From positions 1 to 64,000 of IMG/VR virus record IMGVR_UViG_3300010885_011343: a DNA stretch of 64,000 bases; one strand, given 5' to 3'. A program made the position numbers and the translations under genes. This DNA comes from a virus. The number at the start of each line of letters is the position of its first letter. The first letter of the stretch is position 1. The notes below the pieces were generated by a model. The model made no database searches and was not told the DNA's origin. It saw only the letters and a list, made by a program, of their open reading frames with translations. This document shows positions 19,451 through 28,785 of the stretch, piece by piece.

Positions 19451-21154
19451 TTAAATGGCAGGTGCGGGTGCAGGTGCTCCGCCGGGTGCAGGTGCTCCGC
19501 CGGGTGCAGGAGGTGCTCCAAGACCTAGACCTGCGCCAGCGTCTGGCATTGGCAGATCTGTGCTGCCTAGGTCGGCGTCTATACCACCAGGTGTAATACC
19601 TACACTGCGTAGGCCCACATCGTCGCCCGGTCGGCTTTCTGTCTCACCTTTTTCTTCCATCCACATTACTTCGTTTTCGCTCATTTCTTGTTCTGTCATT
19701 CCTAGATAGCGTTTCATTAACCAACGCTTACTAAAGTATGGAAACGCTTCTAACTGTGTAAATGTACCAATTCTAGCTGTGTCAATTTCAGCTTGACGGT
19801 AATTGGCAAAGTTTTGTGGTGCATTGAATATAACATCAAACAGCTGACCGTCAATGTTAATACCGCGCCAGCGCAGGAACATTTTAAATTCTTGATCTAA
19901 CTTTTCTGCTATCATACGCTGTAAGCGCAGGCAGTATTGGTTAAATCTCCACTCTTGAATTAGAGCTGTACCAACTTTTCCGTCTGTATAACTTTGCGAT
20001 CCATCGTCAGTACCAGTGGGCAAATAACTGCTAGGGATACGTAAACCACGGAACAACTTATTAGTAAAAAATCGCAAATCAGTAATTTCACCAAGGTTTT
20101 GTCCTCCTTGTAGTACATCAACGCTGGATCCTCGTCCTTCTGCTGTAGTAGGAAAGAAAAAGTCCTCGTTCATTGACAATGGATTATAGGTTGCATCCAT
20201 CATATTCTGCCCACCACCAGTTTGTGTAGGGATTCTACGCTGTGCAATTTCGTTTTTAATACGTTCAACAAAGGCCATAGCCATATGGCTGGGCATATTG
20301 CCCACGTCAATTTTAAATACTCTGCGCTCAGGAGCACGTTGTACACGATAGATAATAATACTATCTTCTAGCAACTCTTTTTGTTTGAATACTTTAAAAA
20401 CGTTCTCTAATACACTGTTACCAAAGGGCCAAAACGTATCTAGTCCTTCTGTTAAACCAATGTGTACAACGTGTTCTGCATTGATGGCGCCTTCGTTTTG
20501 AGCACGACTAAAGCGACTTCCGCCGCTGTAAGGACTGCCGGGCTGTACATAACTGCCGTTGGGTCCGCCAATTTGCGGGTGGTTTGTATATGTTTCTGTG
20601 GTAGTTACTGCTGTAACTGTTAAATTCTCAAAATTGGGCTGTAGGTCTTTGATTATGTACTGCTCAGGTTTTTTACCTTCTGCTTCGTTGACAATAACTT
20701 TCATAACTTTAGACATCTCGACCCAGTAAAGTTTAAAGTTTTCTGGATCTCGTACAAAGACCTGATCACCATACTTAATTGTATTTCTAAAAACCTTAAA
20801 CAATCGTTTGTTAAAATCGTTTAACGATATCCATTGCTGAAGTTGCTCTTTAATAATCTTAACTTCGCTATCGGTGGGCTTATCTTTAAAATGCAAACCC
20901 AACGGTAAGTTTGTTTCTAAATCAATTTGTGTGCTAAATTCAGCTAATATGTCCAAGGCGGCATTTACTTCCGAGTCCATATCCATCTGCTCATACTGAT
21001 TGTAGCGTTCAACACGATTTGGGTGACCTAAATATATTTCGGGCAAAGTACTTTGAAAGTTCTTATAACCCATATCCCCACCCGAAGATTGTGCGCCACT
21101 AATAGGACTTAGTGCTCCAGTATTAACAGTTCTAAAGTATTTTTTCCAAGACAT
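19451..21154 (-). CDS. gp20: Portal protein, T4 gp20 family
   Basis: LLEDSIIIYRVQRAPERRVFKIDVGNMP, EDFFFP...GRGS and LRIPSS motifs; Pro/Gly/Ala-rich tail. Confidence 0.95.
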   Translation of the reverse strand: MSWKKYFRTVNTGALSPISGAQSSGGDMGYKNFQSTLPEIYLGHPNRVERYNQYEQMDMDSEVNAALDILAEFSTQIDLETNLPLGLHFKDKPTDSEVKIIKEQLQQWISLNDFNKRLFKVFRNTIKYGDQVFVRDPENFKLYWVEMSKVMKVIVNEAEGKKPEQYIIKDLQPNFENLTVTAVTTTETYTNHPQIGGPNGSYVQPGSPYSGGSRFSRAQNEGAINAEHVVHIGLTEGLDTFWPFGNSVLENVFKVFKQKELLEDSIIIYRVQRAPERRVFKIDVGNMPSHMAMAFVERIKNEIAQRRIPTQTGGGQNMMDATYNPLSMNEDFFFPTTAEGRGSSVDVLQGGQNLGEITDLRFFTNKLFRGLRIPSSYLPTGTDDGSQSYTDGKVGTALIQEWRFNQYCLRLQRMIAEKLDQEFKMFLRWRGINIDGQLFDVIFNAPQNFANYRQAEIDTARIGTFTQLEAFPYFSKRWLMKRYLGMTEQEMSENEVMWMEEKGETESRPGDDVGLRSVGITPGGIDADLGSTDLPMPDAGAGLGLGAPPAPGGAPAPGGAPAPAPAI

Positions 21155-21185
21155 TTTTAAATGATTCTCACAGTCTATTATTTAA

Positions 21186-23510
21186 CTAGTTGTAAGTGTT
21201 GTAAACATATTGTTGCTGTAATCCGTTGCTACTAGTCAATGTTTCGTGTATTTCTCTTAGCAGACCAATTTGTTCTTGCATCAAATCCGTTTGATTGGGT
21301 CCAAATAACGATTTACCCATTTCGCCAACTGCACCTGCAGCCATACCCAGTGGCGATGCTGATAATGCACTCTTGCCCACAGACATTGCCGCAGATAATG
21401 CTTCTGTTATTCCGCTTAAATCTACAGGTATACTTCTACCGCCTTCTAGTGGCACAACAGCTTCCATTCCGTGTAGCTTTTCCAGATAACCGGATTCTGG
21501 TCCTTCAGCAACACCGCCTTCGGCTTTACCAGATTTAGCGTCAAACCAGCCGGTAATAGCACCGCCAATACCCCCAATAATACCACCAGCGGCTCCCATT
21601 CCCAAGCCGCCAACTGCTGTTCCTGCAAGAGGCATAATTGCAGTGCCCACAGTCCCGCCTACGGCGCCACCAATCATTGCACCAGTAGTGGCTCCGCCTA
21701 CAGCTCCGGCGCCTGCACTCTTTAATTTGTCCCAGAAGCTTACTTCACCTTTTCCAATGAAGCCAAGATCATTTAATGTATTTGATAGTGCTGTTAATAT
21801 TGACTCGGTTACTTTGGCATATTCTGCAATAGCAGGAGTTAATATTCTTTCTAAAGACACTTTTAATTGCTCAGCGGCAACAGCGGCACCCATAATGCCA
21901 GTGGTTAATGCATCGTTGGAAGCCTTGGCTGCTTCAACGTTAGTCCTGCCAGCGGCAACTGCTTCTGTGGTATACGTTGTTGATTGGTTAACAGCATCTA
22001 ACATACCTTTGCCAACTTCTGTTAATACACCACTTGTAACAAAACTGGCAACTTGTAATTCTTTATTGCCAAGAATACTAGCTTGAATTTGTTCACCGTA
22101 ATCTGCATTTAATTTGGCATTAGATTCTGCTGTTAGTTCGTTGGTTTTAAATAATGCTAATTGAGCTTCACCTTTTTCTCTAGCGCCAGCCACTGTAGCT
22201 TCGTATATAGCACCTTCTTTATTAATAACTTCACCTAGTACTACACGATCCCTTAGATTCTTTTTTTCAGTCTCGGTCATTGTGGCCATAGCGGCATCAA
22301 TTTGAGCACGTTGTTGTGGGCCCATTTTAGCTAGTTCTGCCTGAAAAGCTAAAATTTGATTTTGTTGCTTGGCTGCTTCTGTTTTCTTCTTGGCATCTTC
22401 GCCGGTAATATTGGCAATTATACGTAAATTTTCAGCATACTTTTGTGTTTGTTCTGCTACTGCTTTTTCATCATTCTTGCCGCCTGCACTACGTCGCATA
22501 TTGGCAGCAGTCTCTGCAATCAATCCAGCCTGGTCTTCGATGCTAAAGCCCAGTGTCATTAGTTCTTCGCGTACACTTTTGCCAGAACTACCTACCTGTC
22601 TAGCAAAGTTGCTTGACACGTTGGCAATCATTTTTGTACCAGCAGTTAATCCTAGTCCACTTTGTCCAATGGTTTCGCTGTTTTCTTTTATAACCTTGCT
22701 AAAGGTTTCGAGACTCATACCAGCAAGGTTGGCAGTGGCTCGCATATCACTCATACCACCAGCAAACAATGCGCCAGAACTGGCCATTGCATTAAATGCT
22801 TTGTAGGTTTTTTCTACTTCTTTGGATAATACCTCTATACCAAATTTGGCCAGTTTACCTGCGGCAGTCGCTCCTGCAGATATTGCACTACCAAATATGT
22901 CCAACGCCGCGCCGGCAATTTTTGCCTTGCCGCCAAACTGGCCCATCACTTGACCAGCTTTTGCCATTGAATCGCCAACCATACCTACGCTGCCTGTTGC
23001 TAAATCTACAGCACCGTTAAGCACAGTTGCGCCCAATTCGGACGCACTAGCATTTCCCTGTAATCCTTTAACAAACTGACCTGCTGTTCCTACAACACCG
23101 TTGACTAAACTCTTAGTAAGAGCCTTGCCAGCATCTAGTGCGCCAGCTTGCAATGTTATCATTGCCGCTTTTGTGGCTATTGCGTCACGTTGGTCCTGTA
23201 GGATTTTTTTGTTAACAGTGTCACCTGCTTTTGCAATCATTTCGTCTAGAGTATCAAGGTCTTGTTTAAATTCGTTTAAACTGTCAAACCCTTCTCGTAG
23301 ACCTTTGGCAAATTTGCTTAGGGTGTCACCTCCACCCATTAGCTTCATATTTTTAGTAAAATCCTTTATGGCATTGTCCTGATCAACCCAGTGTGGTTTG
23401 CTTTTGAGTTGGAAAGCCAAGTGGTTCTTATACTCCTTGTTCAAGGAAGCCATTACTTTGGCTTGCTCTTCTAAGGATTTTAGTAACTCTGGTGGGAATT
23501 GATCTGCCAT
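21186..23510 (-). CDS. Tape-measure-like protein
   Basis: 774 aa, Ala/Gly-rich helical, with a hydrophobic Gly-zipper segment and C-terminal GGVAEGP...LHGMEAVVPL; divergent from the chaperone pair. Confidence 0.65.
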   Translation of the reverse strand: MADQFPPELLKSLEEQAKVMASLNKEYKNHLAFQLKSKPHWVDQDNAIKDFTKNMKLMGGGDTLSKFAKGLREGFDSLNEFKQDLDTLDEMIAKAGDTVNKKILQDQRDAIATKAAMITLQAGALDAGKALTKSLVNGVVGTAGQFVKGLQGNASASELGATVLNGAVDLATGSVGMVGDSMAKAGQVMGQFGGKAKIAGAALDIFGSAISAGATAAGKLAKFGIEVLSKEVEKTYKAFNAMASSGALFAGGMSDMRATANLAGMSLETFSKVIKENSETIGQSGLGLTAGTKMIANVSSNFARQVGSSGKSVREELMTLGFSIEDQAGLIAETAANMRRSAGGKNDEKAVAEQTQKYAENLRIIANITGEDAKKKTEAAKQQNQILAFQAELAKMGPQQRAQIDAAMATMTETEKKNLRDRVVLGEVINKEGAIYEATVAGAREKGEAQLALFKTNELTAESNAKLNADYGEQIQASILGNKELQVASFVTSGVLTEVGKGMLDAVNQSTTYTTEAVAAGRTNVEAAKASNDALTTGIMGAAVAAEQLKVSLERILTPAIAEYAKVTESILTALSNTLNDLGFIGKGEVSFWDKLKSAGAGAVGGATTGAMIGGAVGGTVGTAIMPLAGTAVGGLGMGAAGGIIGGIGGAITGWFDAKSGKAEGGVAEGPESGYLEKLHGMEAVVPLEGGRSIPVDLSGITEALSAAMSVGKSALSASPLGMAAGAVGEMGKSLFGPNQTDLMQEQIGLLREIHETLTSSNGLQQQYVYNTYN

Positions 23511-23521
23511 ATTTTTATCTG

Positions 23522-23546
23522 ATAAATAGATATATCAATTATTTAT
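23522..23546. promoter_or_regulatory. Face-to-face pair of late promoter boxes
   Basis: ATAAATA (+; TAAATA at 23523-23528) and TATTTAT (TAAATA on minus, 23545-23540), 11 bp apart, in the 48-bp gap between divergent genes. Confidence 0.65.
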
Positions 23547-23558
23547 GGAGATCAAAAT

Positions 23559-24404
23559 ATGGATCAAAAGCCAGCCAACCCCCTTGCCAAACACTTTAGA
23601 CAGCCAGCAATTTATTTGAAGTTGCCCAGCGGCGGTCGTTATTGGCCCGAGGATGCTATTCGTTTGCCAATGAACGGTGAGATTGCCATTTATCCAATGA
23701 CCACCAAAGATGAGATCACCCTACGCACCCCGGATGCATTAATCAACGGGTCCGGTGTAATTAGTGTAATTGAAAGTTGCTGTCCAGAAATACTTGATGC
23801 TTGGCGTATGCCCAGTATCGATCTAGATGCTACCATTATTGCAATTCGAATTGCCAGTTACGGCACCGAAATGTCTTTCAACAGCAAATGCCCTGCCTGC
23901 GAACAGATCAATGATTATGCAATCGATTTAACTCAGGTTCTCGGCCGTATACGTATGCCCGATTATGATACCCTTGTCGAAGCAGATAGTTTAAAGATTA
24001 AATTGTATCCGCAACCGTATTTTTCTTTTAACAGTAACAACCAAGCAGAATTTGAAGAACAACAACTACTACGTGCTATAGAAGATGTTACCTTAGACCC
24101 CGACGTTCGGTCTGCCAAAATTAAAGAGCACTCGCAAAAAATTATTACATTAGGGATTAGTACAATAGCAAACAGTACTGAATACATTGAAGTTGACGGT
24201 ACTAAAGTCTACGATAAAGACCATCTAAGAGAATTTTATAGCAACGTTGGCAGCTCTGTGGTTAAGCAAATACAAAAACGTTTAGTAGCAATTAACGAAG
24301 AAGGTGCAGTCAAGCCAATGCACGTAAACTGTACCGAATGTCAAAATCCATTTGACATACAAATTACTTTTGATTACGCAAGTTTTTTCGACGTCGGCTT
24401 TTGA
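23559..24404 (+). CDS. gp26: Baseplate hub / tail assembly chaperone, T4 gp26-like
   Basis: YLKLPSGG, PMTTKDE, IRIASYG and two CxxC pairs (CPAC, CTEC); ends ASFFDVGF; RBS GGAG. Confidence 0.8.
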   Translation: MDQKPANPLAKHFRQPAIYLKLPSGGRYWPEDAIRLPMNGEIAIYPMTTKDEITLRTPDALINGSGVISVIESCCPEILDAWRMPSIDLDATIIAIRIASYGTEMSFNSKCPACEQINDYAIDLTQVLGRIRMPDYDTLVEADSLKIKLYPQPYFSFNSNNQAEFEEQQLLRAIEDVTLDPDVRSAKIKEHSQKIITLGISTIANSTEYIEVDGTKVYDKDHLREFYSNVGSSVVKQIQKRLVAINEEGAVKPMHVNCTECQNPFDIQITFDYASFFDVGF

Positions 24405-24619
24405 CTCTGAGTAATGAAGCAGTAGTCCGTATGATTGAGGGCTACGAGAAAGAGTCAAAAGCCTACAAAGAAGAAGCACTTAGACTAAGCTGGTGGATGC
24501 GTGGTGGTTTATCCTATGATGACGCAATGATGCTCAGTCAAACTGAAAGAGATCTAATAGGAAAAATCATTAAGGAAAATATTGAAACTACTAAAAAGTC
24601 TCAAATGCCATTTTTCTGA
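24401..24619 (+). CDS. gp51-like chaperone domain, probably translated as a -1 frameshift extension of gp26
   Basis: 72 aa with weak TTG start and no evident RBS; frame is open back to T-TTT-TTC at 24383-24389. Confidence 0.65.
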   Translation: MTLSNEAVVRMIEGYEKESKAYKEEALRLSWWMRGGLSYDDAMMLSQTERDLIGKIIKENIETTKKSQMPFF

Positions 24620-24638
24620 TTTAATTCTAATCCTTTTA

Positions 24639-24693
24639 AGACTAACTGCGTTAGTCTATCAATTTCGCTATCGCTCATTGATCTTTTTCTTTT
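24639..24693 (+). terminator. Tandem hairpins plus T-tract, likely terminator for the chaperone operon
   Basis: AGACTAAC-TGC-GTTAGTCT (24639-24657), then ATCAAT...ATTGAT (24658-24682), followed by CTTTTTCTTTT. Confidence 0.5.
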
Positions 24694-24704
24694 AATATTA
24701 TTTT

Positions 24705-25087
24705 TTAAGTATCATCTAGATTAATCGGTCATAATTCACCGTAAGCACGGTGAAAATGAAAGGGCATCATCTGAGTAGCACTGTCATTCTATTCTAATGA
24801 GATTGTGTTTGTACACACGGAGGCGGTTGACCGGTACCCCCTACTCAAGCTTCACATATCAACGGAACCCTAGTAATCCGGAATAGACCCAAATCCTACG
24901 AGCAGGGGTTGCTTTTTCTCATTGCCCCAACCATTCAAAACCTTAAGTTAGTTTTTGCCTTTGGCGCCCAAGACTCTGACGGCACAGCACAACCTGTACA
25001 ACCTCAATGGGGCCAGTCCACGACTGGCACGTTGCCTGTATACTAAACGAATTAAAACGAGATAGACTTGGTGTCTGTGAGGGGGGG
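24705..25087 (-). ncRNA. Putative large structured ncRNA downstream of the GIY-YIG gene (family not recognised)
   Basis: No ORF of 60 aa or more; at least 7 stems, a long-range helix and a crossing 6-bp pairing. Two stems close with G-U wobbles only on the minus strand. Boundaries approximate. Confidence 0.6.
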
Positions 25088-25516
25088 TTAGATTTTATTT
25101 AAAATATGGGATCCGTGTACACGAACACTAATCTGTCCGTTGTAGTAGTCCGACGATTCCAGAACTTTACGTTGGAATTGCTCTCGGGCCTCGATGTAGG
25201 AACACACCGCTTTGGAATTACAGTAATATAAAATTTCTCTTTTAAAGATGTCTTGTCCTAATAACTCTACATCTTTGTTTAATTCTATATTGGAACCATA
25301 GTACTCTTGCCAGTCAGAATCAACTTTACTGCGTATCTTTTTCTTTTTCTTGATACCGTTCTTTTGTTTGACTACTTTGTATGTTGTCTTAGAGAATTTG
25401 GATAACTTTTTGCCAATATACTTACGTCCGTTGCTAGTATTTGTAATTTCGTACACAAATCCTATACAATCTTCTGGAAGTTGTTCAACGGGCATATTTT
25501 GATAGGTCCAAGTCAT
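25088..25516 (-). CDS. Stand-alone GIY-YIG (Seg-like) nuclease domain protein
   Basis: GFVYEITN...KYIGKK, YYGS, conserved Glu (YIEARE) and YYN; 142 aa with a Lys-rich insertion and no C-terminal DNA-binding domain. Confidence 0.8.
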   Translation of the reverse strand: MTWTYQNMPVEQLPEDCIGFVYEITNTSNGRKYIGKKLSKFSKTTYKVVKQKNGIKKKKKIRSKVDSDWQEYYGSNIELNKDVELLGQDIFKREILYYCNSKAVCSYIEAREQFQRKVLESSDYYNGQISVRVHGSHILNKI

Positions 25517-25544
25517 TCTAATACAATTGCAAGTGCAACAGTAG

Positions 25545-25997
25545 TTATGACGTTCCTGTTACCTCATTAACTTTTTCTATAATGACGCCTGATTTTTCTA
25601 AAAATTGAATACCGTCACTATTTCTGTAATCTTCTGCGTAGTAAACACTGCCAATGCCTGACTGCAAGATTAGTTTAGAGCATTCTAGGCAAGGTGCGTG
25701 GGTAACGAATAGCTCTGCACCTAGCCCAGACTCACTGCTTCTGGCTAATTTTGCAATAGCATTGGACTCGGCGTGTAATACTTCGGGCTTGGTTGTTAGA
25801 AATTTAATATCCCCATTGGGCCATTTTATTTCGTCTTCACAATTATTATCCCACCCTGCAGGCATACCATTGTAGCCAATACTGATAATACGATCATCTT
25901 TAACCACAACTGCGCCAACGTGTAATCTACGTGCGTGACTAAGCTGGGCGAATCGCCGAGCTGTATCCATATAGGCTAATTTTAGTTTTTCTTTCAT
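25545..25997 (-). CDS. cd: dCMP deaminase
   Basis: VGAVVV, GYNG, HAESNAI and PCLEC zinc motifs. Confidence 0.95.
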   Translation of the reverse strand: MKEKLKLAYMDTARRFAQLSHARRLHVGAVVVKDDRIISIGYNGMPAGWDNNCEDEIKWPNGDIKFLTTKPEVLHAESNAIAKLARSSESGLGAELFVTHAPCLECSKLILQSGIGSVYYAEDYRNSDGIQFLEKSGVIIEKVNEVTGTS

Positions 25998-27763
25998 ACA
26001 AGCTCTACGTCATTGTTATAGGTAGTGAAGCCATTTTCTTTTACCACGGTCAATATATTATTGACACGCCCAGCAAGTTCATCCTTGTGTGACACTAGCC
26101 AAATTGATTTGTTGTTTTCTCTACTCATCTTCTTGAGAATAGCCAAGCTGTTTTCAACACCGCTGGCATCCATACCACTGTCAACCAGTTCGTCAATGAA
26201 CAACAAGTTGATATGTTTATATAAGGATTCCCAAACATCGCGGAATGCCCAACTCAAACTTAAGATAAGTCTGTTGCGCTCACCTCTGCTTAGGTTGTCA
26301 AAGTCCAAGTCTCTACCTAGTTCAGTGATGCTGACAGTTAAGTCGTTGTTGAATTTTACAGTATGCGGCAGGCCTATGCGATCTAAATATTGCCCTAACC
26401 TAGCATTAAGATAACTCAAGTTCTGATCAATGATGCGTTTGCGAATAAACGAATCTTTGTTGGTCAACAGTTTAGCCAGAAACTCTTGATGTTCTTTGAC
26501 TCTGTTAAGTTCGTTCATTGTATCAAAGCTGATGTGCTCTAGGCCTTGTGTTTGCATTTCTGCAATTTGCTCGGAGTAGGGATCTGTTTCATTTTGTTTA
26601 GAAGTTAACTGAGATAAGATATTAGCCATACTACCTCGATGTTCAAAGGCATCGCTTTCTTTATCGTAGTAGACCTTGGGACGAGGTCCTAGCTCGCCTA
26701 ACTCTGCCAATGTACCAGTGTGTTCGACCCACTGCCCACTGGTTGCCAGTGCTTGCAGTGCTGTTTCCTGTAAGTCCCGACGCTTCTTCTCTAACAACGC
26801 CTCTTGCTTTTCATCGTGGAATCCTTGCCCGCAACTGTGGCACGTATGATTTTCTAAGCTGGCAATGTCTGCCTTGAGCTTGTCCATCTCTTTAAGTTCG
26901 CGAGTCTCATCTAGTTTGCAACGGTTAATCCAACCGTTGAGTTCTGCGATTGCCTTGGACTTGACATTATACTCAGAAAGTAATCTATGCGAGTCTAGCT
27001 CTGCTTCGATGTCTAAATGACTTAACTCATCAAATGCTTTTTGTAAGTATTCAATATCGCTGTCGTATTTCTTTTGCCACAACACTTGTCTACGCTTCAA
27101 GCTCTCAATCTGTTCTTCAATACGTTTGTTAGCATCTGTAACAGCCTTGATACGGTATTCCTCTTGGCTAATAGCATCCTTGGTTGCTTTAACCAGTTCT
27201 TTAAGTTTTTCTGCTTTCTCAGACAACAGTGTAATGCCCAGCAACTGCTCAATGATGGTACGCTGGTCGTTGGCTTTTAAACTAAGGAATGGCTCTGTGT
27301 AAGTGTTAAGGCCAATAATATGCTTAAACATATCGTGACTTAATCCCAGTACCCGTTCGATTTCTTGTTGCGTCTCGCGACTATCACCCTGTGACTCGTC
27401 TGTAATTTCTTGTTCAACGTCACCCACGTAAAACGCCATAGTGTTTGGCTTACGCCCGCGCTCAATCTTGTAGTTGTTGCCGTTAACTTCGAAATCAACT
27501 GTGACTAACATATTTTTATTGTTAGTTTTGTTAATTAAATTATCTTTGCGAATGTTAGTTAACGCATTACCATATAAAGCATAGCTCAATGCATTGATAA
27601 TTGTGGTTTTACCAGTGCCATTACGTGCGCCGCTGTCGTCGCCACCCAAGTCCAGATTTTCGCCCAGGACCAAGGTAAGATCCTGACGATCAAAGTCGAT
27701 ACCTTGTGTGGCATTACCCACACTCATAAAATTCTTAACAGTAAGTGTTTTAATTTTTAGCAT
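25994..27763 (-). CDS. gp46: Recombination ATPase gp46 (Rad50/SbcC-like)
   Basis: Walker A NGTGKTT, zinc hook CHSC, signature LSRGE, Walker B LFIDE, H-loop VSH. Confidence 0.95.
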   Translation of the reverse strand: MLKIKTLTVKNFMSVGNATQGIDFDRQDLTLVLGENLDLGGDDSGARNGTGKTTIINALSYALYGNALTNIRKDNLINKTNNKNMLVTVDFEVNGNNYKIERGRKPNTMAFYVGDVEQEITDESQGDSRETQQEIERVLGLSHDMFKHIIGLNTYTEPFLSLKANDQRTIIEQLLGITLLSEKAEKLKELVKATKDAISQEEYRIKAVTDANKRIEEQIESLKRRQVLWQKKYDSDIEYLQKAFDELSHLDIEAELDSHRLLSEYNVKSKAIAELNGWINRCKLDETRELKEMDKLKADIASLENHTCHSCGQGFHDEKQEALLEKKRRDLQETALQALATSGQWVEHTGTLAELGELGPRPKVYYDKESDAFEHRGSMANILSQLTSKQNETDPYSEQIAEMQTQGLEHISFDTMNELNRVKEHQEFLAKLLTNKDSFIRKRIIDQNLSYLNARLGQYLDRIGLPHTVKFNNDLTVSITELGRDLDFDNLSRGERNRLILSLSWAFRDVWESLYKHINLLFIDELVDSGMDASGVENSLAILKKMSRENNKSIWLVSHKDELAGRVNNILTVVKENGFTTYNNDVELV

Positions 27764-28779
27764 TAGAGGTTTCTATAGATATCCAACAATAGGTTAGGGT
27801 CGTAGTGCTTACTATCAATATTAGTCAGCTGACTGGTTACAATTTGATCTACACTCTCAAAGAGTATATTGCCCTGTGCCGCATCGTCGCCAACACTGAT
27901 TTCTTTTTTAGGGATTAGTGTAATTTCGCGCAGGCTGTAGGTATCAATGAATGTTTCTTTGACAAAGGTGGCTTCTTCATAGCTAATGTCAATGTCAATG
28001 TCAACCCTGCAATGCATCCCGGGCTGTAACATCTTTTCTGTATGGTTAAGCACATCGCTTAACTTAAACACTCTGTACTTGGGTTGATCGGGCCAGCTGT
28101 GGAATTCTGGCTCTTTGCCCCACTCTAAGATCATTACACCCCTATCATCGTCTCCTGCATCCGCATAATTATGTGGGAAACAGTTTCCAATATAGGTGAT
28201 ATTCTTAGATGTCTGTCGTTTATGAAAGTGCCCACTGAATACGTGATCAAATCCGGTAAAATGTTCGCTCTTAACATTGCCGTGATCGGGCATCTGAACC
28301 ATAGCATTCATATAAAAATGCGGCAGCTCAAAGTGCCCAAACATATATCTGCCAGTTAGCTTGGGTATGCGTTTATGATCATCGGCAACTAGCCAAGGAG
28401 CAATAACCACATCACCGGCATTGAACCAATCGTTGCAAATTTGTACGTTAGGAAGATGCCGTGCCCACTCAACTGACTGTACATCTCGCTTGTCGCGATA
28501 GTACAAATCGTGGTTGCCGGGAATAAAATAAACTTGACTAAAATTGTCGTTTAAATGTTCCAGCGCCCTGAGGCTATACGATAGTGTAATTATGTTTATG
28601 GACGCCCGATTGTTGTGCCAGTCGCCAAGAAAGAGTGCGGTGTCGCACCCTTCCTCTTTGGCTTTGGCAGTGGCCCATTTAACAAAATTTAAACAATCTT
28701 CGTTGTGTAGCTGACTGTTTGATTTAAGTCCAAAGTGAATGTCCGTAAAAACGGCAGCCTTCTTGAATAAGTTTGTCAT
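27763..28779 (-). CDS. gp47: Recombination nuclease gp47 (Mre11/SbcD-like)
   Basis: DIHFG, GD, GNHD and SGHFH metallophosphoesterase motifs. Confidence 0.95.
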   Translation of the reverse strand: MTNLFKKAAVFTDIHFGLKSNSQLHNEDCLNFVKWATAKAKEEGCDTALFLGDWHNNRASINIITLSYSLRALEHLNDNFSQVYFIPGNHDLYYRDKRDVQSVEWARHLPNVQICNDWFNAGDVVIAPWLVADDHKRIPKLTGRYMFGHFELPHFYMNAMVQMPDHGNVKSEHFTGFDHVFSGHFHKRQTSKNITYIGNCFPHNYADAGDDDRGVMILEWGKEPEFHSWPDQPKYRVFKLSDVLNHTEKMLQPGMHCRVDIDIDISYEEATFVKETFIDTYSLREITLIPKKEISVGDDAAQGNILFESVDQIVTSQLTNIDSKHYDPNLLLDIYRNL

Positions 28780-28785
28780 CTATAT

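Noticed and set aside
19458-19520. GC-rich 18-bp repeats at the portal 3' end
   Set aside because: Explained by the Pro/Gly/Ala low-complexity tail (GAPAPG).
25081-25087. G7 homopolymer as a phase-variation tract
   Set aside because: It lies outside the coding sequence, just past the GIY-YIG stop, so slippage would not alter a reading frame.
24620-25516. Group I or group II intron carrying a homing endonuclease
   Set aside because: No interrupted host gene (the flanking genes are complete and convergent), and I could not find group I P7/J8-7 or group II domain V consensus sequences.
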